Source: Patescibacteria group bacterium | GTDB taxonomy: Bacteria > Patescibacteriota > Microgenomatia > UBA12405 | NCBI GenBank assembly: GCA_023380755.1 | Contig: JAMCSD010000006.1 | Location: forward strand, 188,735 to 252,734 | Reading direction: 5' to 3' | Length of the DNA stretch: 64,000 nucleotides | Notes under the pieces: generated by a model | The model's input: only the letters and a program-made list of their open reading frames with translations | What the model was told of the DNA's origin: nothing | The model's database searches: none | Shown: positions 61,443 to 64,000 of the stretch, in pieces | How the letters are laid out: each line of letters starts with the position of its first letter | Position numbering within the stretch: position 1 is the stretch's first letter | Program-made: the position numbers and the translations under genes

Positions 61443-64000
61443 CACTACCTACCAAACCACTTTTGAAAAACAGTTGTCGCAGCTTAATCCCGAACAACGC
61501 GAAGCTGTCGAGACCATTGAGGGTCCGGTCATGGTAATTGCCGGTGCCGGTACCGGGAAAACCCAAACCATTGCTCTCCGGATCGCCAATATTTTGGCCA
61601 AAACCCAAACCCCCGCCGGTGCCATACTTTGTCTAACTTTTACCGAAAACGCCGCTACTAATATGCGGGAACGCCTGTTGTCGGTCATCGGCGAGCCGGC
61701 TTATGCTGTCCAAATCCACACCTTCCATTCTTTCTGCAACGAAGTTATCCTGACCCACCCGGAACAATTTATTTTTGCCGCAGACTTAAAATCTCTTGAT
61801 GAATTGGAAAAAATTGAGATAGTCCAAAACTTAATCGAGGGCTTGCCTGACGGGGCGGTTCTTAAGCCTTGGGGGGATCATCAGTATTACCAAAAAGAAA
61901 TTATCATGCGCCTTCAAACTCTCAAGCGCGAAAATGTCTCCCCCGAGGATTTCATCCACCTTTTAAGCAACCAAAAAATTTTCATAAACCAGGCTAAAAA
62001 TGATTTCGACAGTCTCCGCTCCCGCCGCGCCAGTAAAAATCTAGCCGCCGAAGTCTTAGCCATCCTCGACCGTCTGCTGCAAATCCCCCATCTTTCCTTG
62101 CCGCTGTCTAACTTTCTTAAGCTCACCAAAACTCTTGACGAGCAAGGGCATTTTGCCTCGGGAAAAGCCAAAAATCCCGCCGTCAACCTAAAAAATTATC
62201 TTCTTAAGTTTTATGATGACCTCCTAAAGTCCCTGCCAAAACAAGAGGAATTAGCCGCCATTTACACCCAATACCAAGCTGAACTAAAAAAACGCGGCTT
62301 TTATGATTTTGACGATATGATTTTATTTGTTCTCGACGCCTTTCACCGCCATCCCGACCTCCTTCTTGAATATCAAGAACGCTTCCAATATTTTCTCGTT
62401 GACGAATACCAGGATACCAATTCTGCTCAAAATGAAATACTGGAAACTCTCGGTTCTTATTTTGATATCCCCAATATTTTTGTCGTCGGGGACGATGACC
62501 AATCCATCTTTCGTTTCCAGGGCGCTGCCATTGAGAATATTTTTAACTTTTACCTGCATCATCAAGCCGATATTAAAGTTATTGTCCTTAAAAATAACTA
62601 CCGCAGCCACCAGTTAATCCTTGATTCTTCTTTCTCCGTTATTTCCCGTAACAAAAACCGGATTACCTCGTATATCAAAGATATCGACAAGTCTTTAGTG
62701 GCCAATCAAAAATACGATCCTAACCCCATTAATCTTTATGCCGCGCCGTCGTCATTGGCCGAGAATTATTATGTGGCCAAGAAAATTCAGGAGTTGCTTA
62801 AAAACGGCACCCCTCCCAACGAGATCGCCGTTCTCTGCCGCCAGAATCATGACGTTGATGAGTTAGAGGAAGTGTTTGCCAAAATGCAAATTAAATATCA
62901 CCTCGAAAGCGGCCGCAACATTCTGGATAACCGCCATGTCAAAGATCTCATCACGCTCTTGACATTTATTAACCACCCCGACGATGATCAGATACTTTTC
63001 CGCTTACTCTCTAGCGATTTTCTTCACCTTAACCCGATTGACCTTTTCCGCTTAGTCCGTTATTGCAACCAGCATCAATACCGCCTCTCCCAAGTCCTCC
63101 TTGATGAAGAACACATGGAAGACATTGCCCATGCTTTAAGGCCTTCGACCAATATTCGTCTGCGCAATCTTCGCCTCCGGACCGCCAAGGCCGCGCGCTG
63201 GCGGGAAATTTATTCTCTGGACCGCTTTTTTAATAAAATTGTCCGCCGCTTCGGCTTTTTAAAACACGTCTTAAGCCACGAGTCACTCGAAGAACTCAAC
63301 GACGTTAACACCTTCTATGAAGAGCTTAAACGTCTCAGTTTGGAAGAAAAATACACCTTAGAACAGTTTCTCCGCCGCCTCGAATTGTTAAAACAAAACA
63401 ATTTGTCCTTAATCCCTCCTCCGGTCGACGGTGATTATCAGGACACTGTCCGCCTGATGACTGTCCATAAGGCCAAGGGTTTGGAGTTCGAACATGTTTT
63501 TTTAATCAAGGTCTTAGATAAAAAATGGGGCAACAACACTATCTCCACTAAAATCCCGCTTCCTTTGGGTATTTTAAAAACTGAATTATCTCTCTTGGCC
63601 AACCGGGAAGATAGCGAAAACGAGGAAGAACGCCGCTTATTTTATGTCGCTCTTACCCGAGCCAAAAGGCAAATTTATCTCTCTTATTCCACCAAAACTG
63701 AATCCGGCCGCGACCTATTGCCTTCCCGATTCATTTACGAAATTAAACCGGCAGCGTTGGAAACTGTTAATCCCGGTAAAATCCTCAGCCATGAAGCGCT
63801 CACGGCCATGTTTCCCATTGAGGAGCCAAAATTTTTCCATAACCGGAACATGGCCCACTTTCTTAAAATTTTCATCAACGAAAAATATCAATTTAATGCC
63901 ACTCATCTTAACTCCTATCTTCAATGCCCGCTCTGTTTTTACTTTAAAACCATCTTAAGAATTCCCGCCGCTAAAGATAAGTATGCCTCCCTGGGCACTG
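61435..64000 (+). CDS. UvrD-like helicase fused to a C-terminal Cas4/AddB-type nuclease domain, 3'-truncated by the window end
   Basis: Absent from the ORF track because it has no stop in the window. The ATG at 61435 overlaps the upstream stop (ATGGCTAA). My translation reads: NPEQREAV, AGAGTGKTQT, VDEYQDTN, VVGDDDQSIFRFQGA, NNYRSH, VHKAKGLEFEHVFL, EERRLFYVALTRAK, then LNSYLQCPLCFYFK at the nuclease-domain start. Confidence 0.85.
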   Translation, partial: MANTTYQTTFEKQLSQLNPEQREAVETIEGPVMVIAGAGTGKTQTIALRIANILAKTQTPAGAILCLTFTENAATNMRERLLSVIGEPAYAVQIHTFHSFCNEVILTHPEQFIFAADLKSLDELEKIEIVQNLIEGLPDGAVLKPWGDHQYYQKEIIMRLQTLKRENVSPEDFIHLLSNQKIFINQAKNDFDSLRSRRASKNLAAEVLAILDRLLQIPHLSLPLSNFLKLTKTLDEQGHFASGKAKNPAVNLKNYLLKFYDDLLKSLPKQEELAAIYTQYQAELKKRGFYDFDDMILFVLDAFHRHPDLLLEYQERFQYFLVDEYQDTNSAQNEILETLGSYFDIPNIFVVGDDDQSIFRFQGAAIENIFNFYLHHQADIKVIVLKNNYRSHQLILDSSFSVISRNKNRITSYIKDIDKSLVANQKYDPNPINLYAAPSSLAENYYVAKKIQELLKNGTPPNEIAVLCRQNHDVDELEEVFAKMQIKYHLESGRNILDNRHVKDLITLLTFINHPDDDQILFRLLSSDFLHLNPIDLFRLVRYCNQHQYRLSQVLLDEEHMEDIAHALRPSTNIRLRNLRLRTAKAARWREIYSLDRFFNKIVRRFGFLKHVLSHESLEELNDVNTFYEELKRLSLEEKYTLEQFLRRLELLKQNNLSLIPPPVDGDYQDTVRLMTVHKAKGLEFEHVFLIKVLDKKWGNNTISTKIPLPLGILKTELSLLANREDSENEEERRLFYVALTRAKRQIYLSYSTKTESGRDLLPSRFIYEIKPAALETVNPGKILSHEALTAMFPIEEPKFFHNRNMAHFLKIFINEKYQFNATHLNSYLQCPLCFYFKTILRIPAAKDKYASLGT

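Noticed and set aside
1-64000. Alternative genetic code (UGA recoded, as in some CPR lineages)
   Set aside because: TGA clearly terminates well-defined genes, such as gatA at 58196-58198 and the PilO-like gene at 39763-39765, and it forms ATGA coupling overlaps. Conserved proteins are full length under code 11.

Overview
This is a gene-dense 64-kb bacterial window, roughly 90 percent coding. It uses the standard code: TGA is a stop, and many ATGA/GTGA start-stop overlaps indicate translational coupling. By eye I found no rRNA, tRNA, CRISPR array, transposase or integrase.

The gene content suggests a Candidate Phyla Radiation / Patescibacteria (Microgenomates-like) genome, but this is inference only. 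It consists of a minimal housekeeping set (queA, map, folD, metG, rpsT, murJ, rarA, pcrA-like, gatCAB), a FemX-like transferase, PilN/PilO-like proteins, nucleobase salvage, a 2-oxoacid:ferredoxin oxidoreductase, many Pro/Thr-rich surface proteins and multiple GT-C glycosyltransferases.

Main blocks:
- 1-9600: response regulator, a PD-(D/E)XK-like protein plus an atypical P-type ATPase, queA, an ABC exporter.
- 9693-11439: a surface protein fused to a sortase domain.
- 11994-16680: a long structured leader, then a dedicated ECF transporter (S, T, fused A-A') and two phosphoribosyltransferases.
- 16697-21771: nucleases, rluB-like, hsp20 with a CIRCE-like operator, sod.
- 21776-25078: an 889-aa surface protein and a small tandem-repeat secreted protein that share a sequence module.
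- 26358-29652: a translationally coupled alkylation-damage / nucleotide-sanitation operon.
- 29685-36748: OFOR, map, folD, tatD, metG, rpsT.
- 36901-53487: an envelope supercluster with murJ, pilN/O-like genes, sortase-type surface proteins, and an 11-kb locus combining a DPPR-synthase-type UbiA enzyme, a PAP2 phosphatase, four GT-C-like membrane glycosyltransferases, a GT4 and two methyltransferases.
- 53517-64000: pcrA, femX-like, gatC-gatA-(inserted gene)-gatB, DUF218, and a helicase-nuclease that runs off the window and is missing from the supplied ORF track.

All functional calls rest on motifs I could read in the translations. No database search was run.
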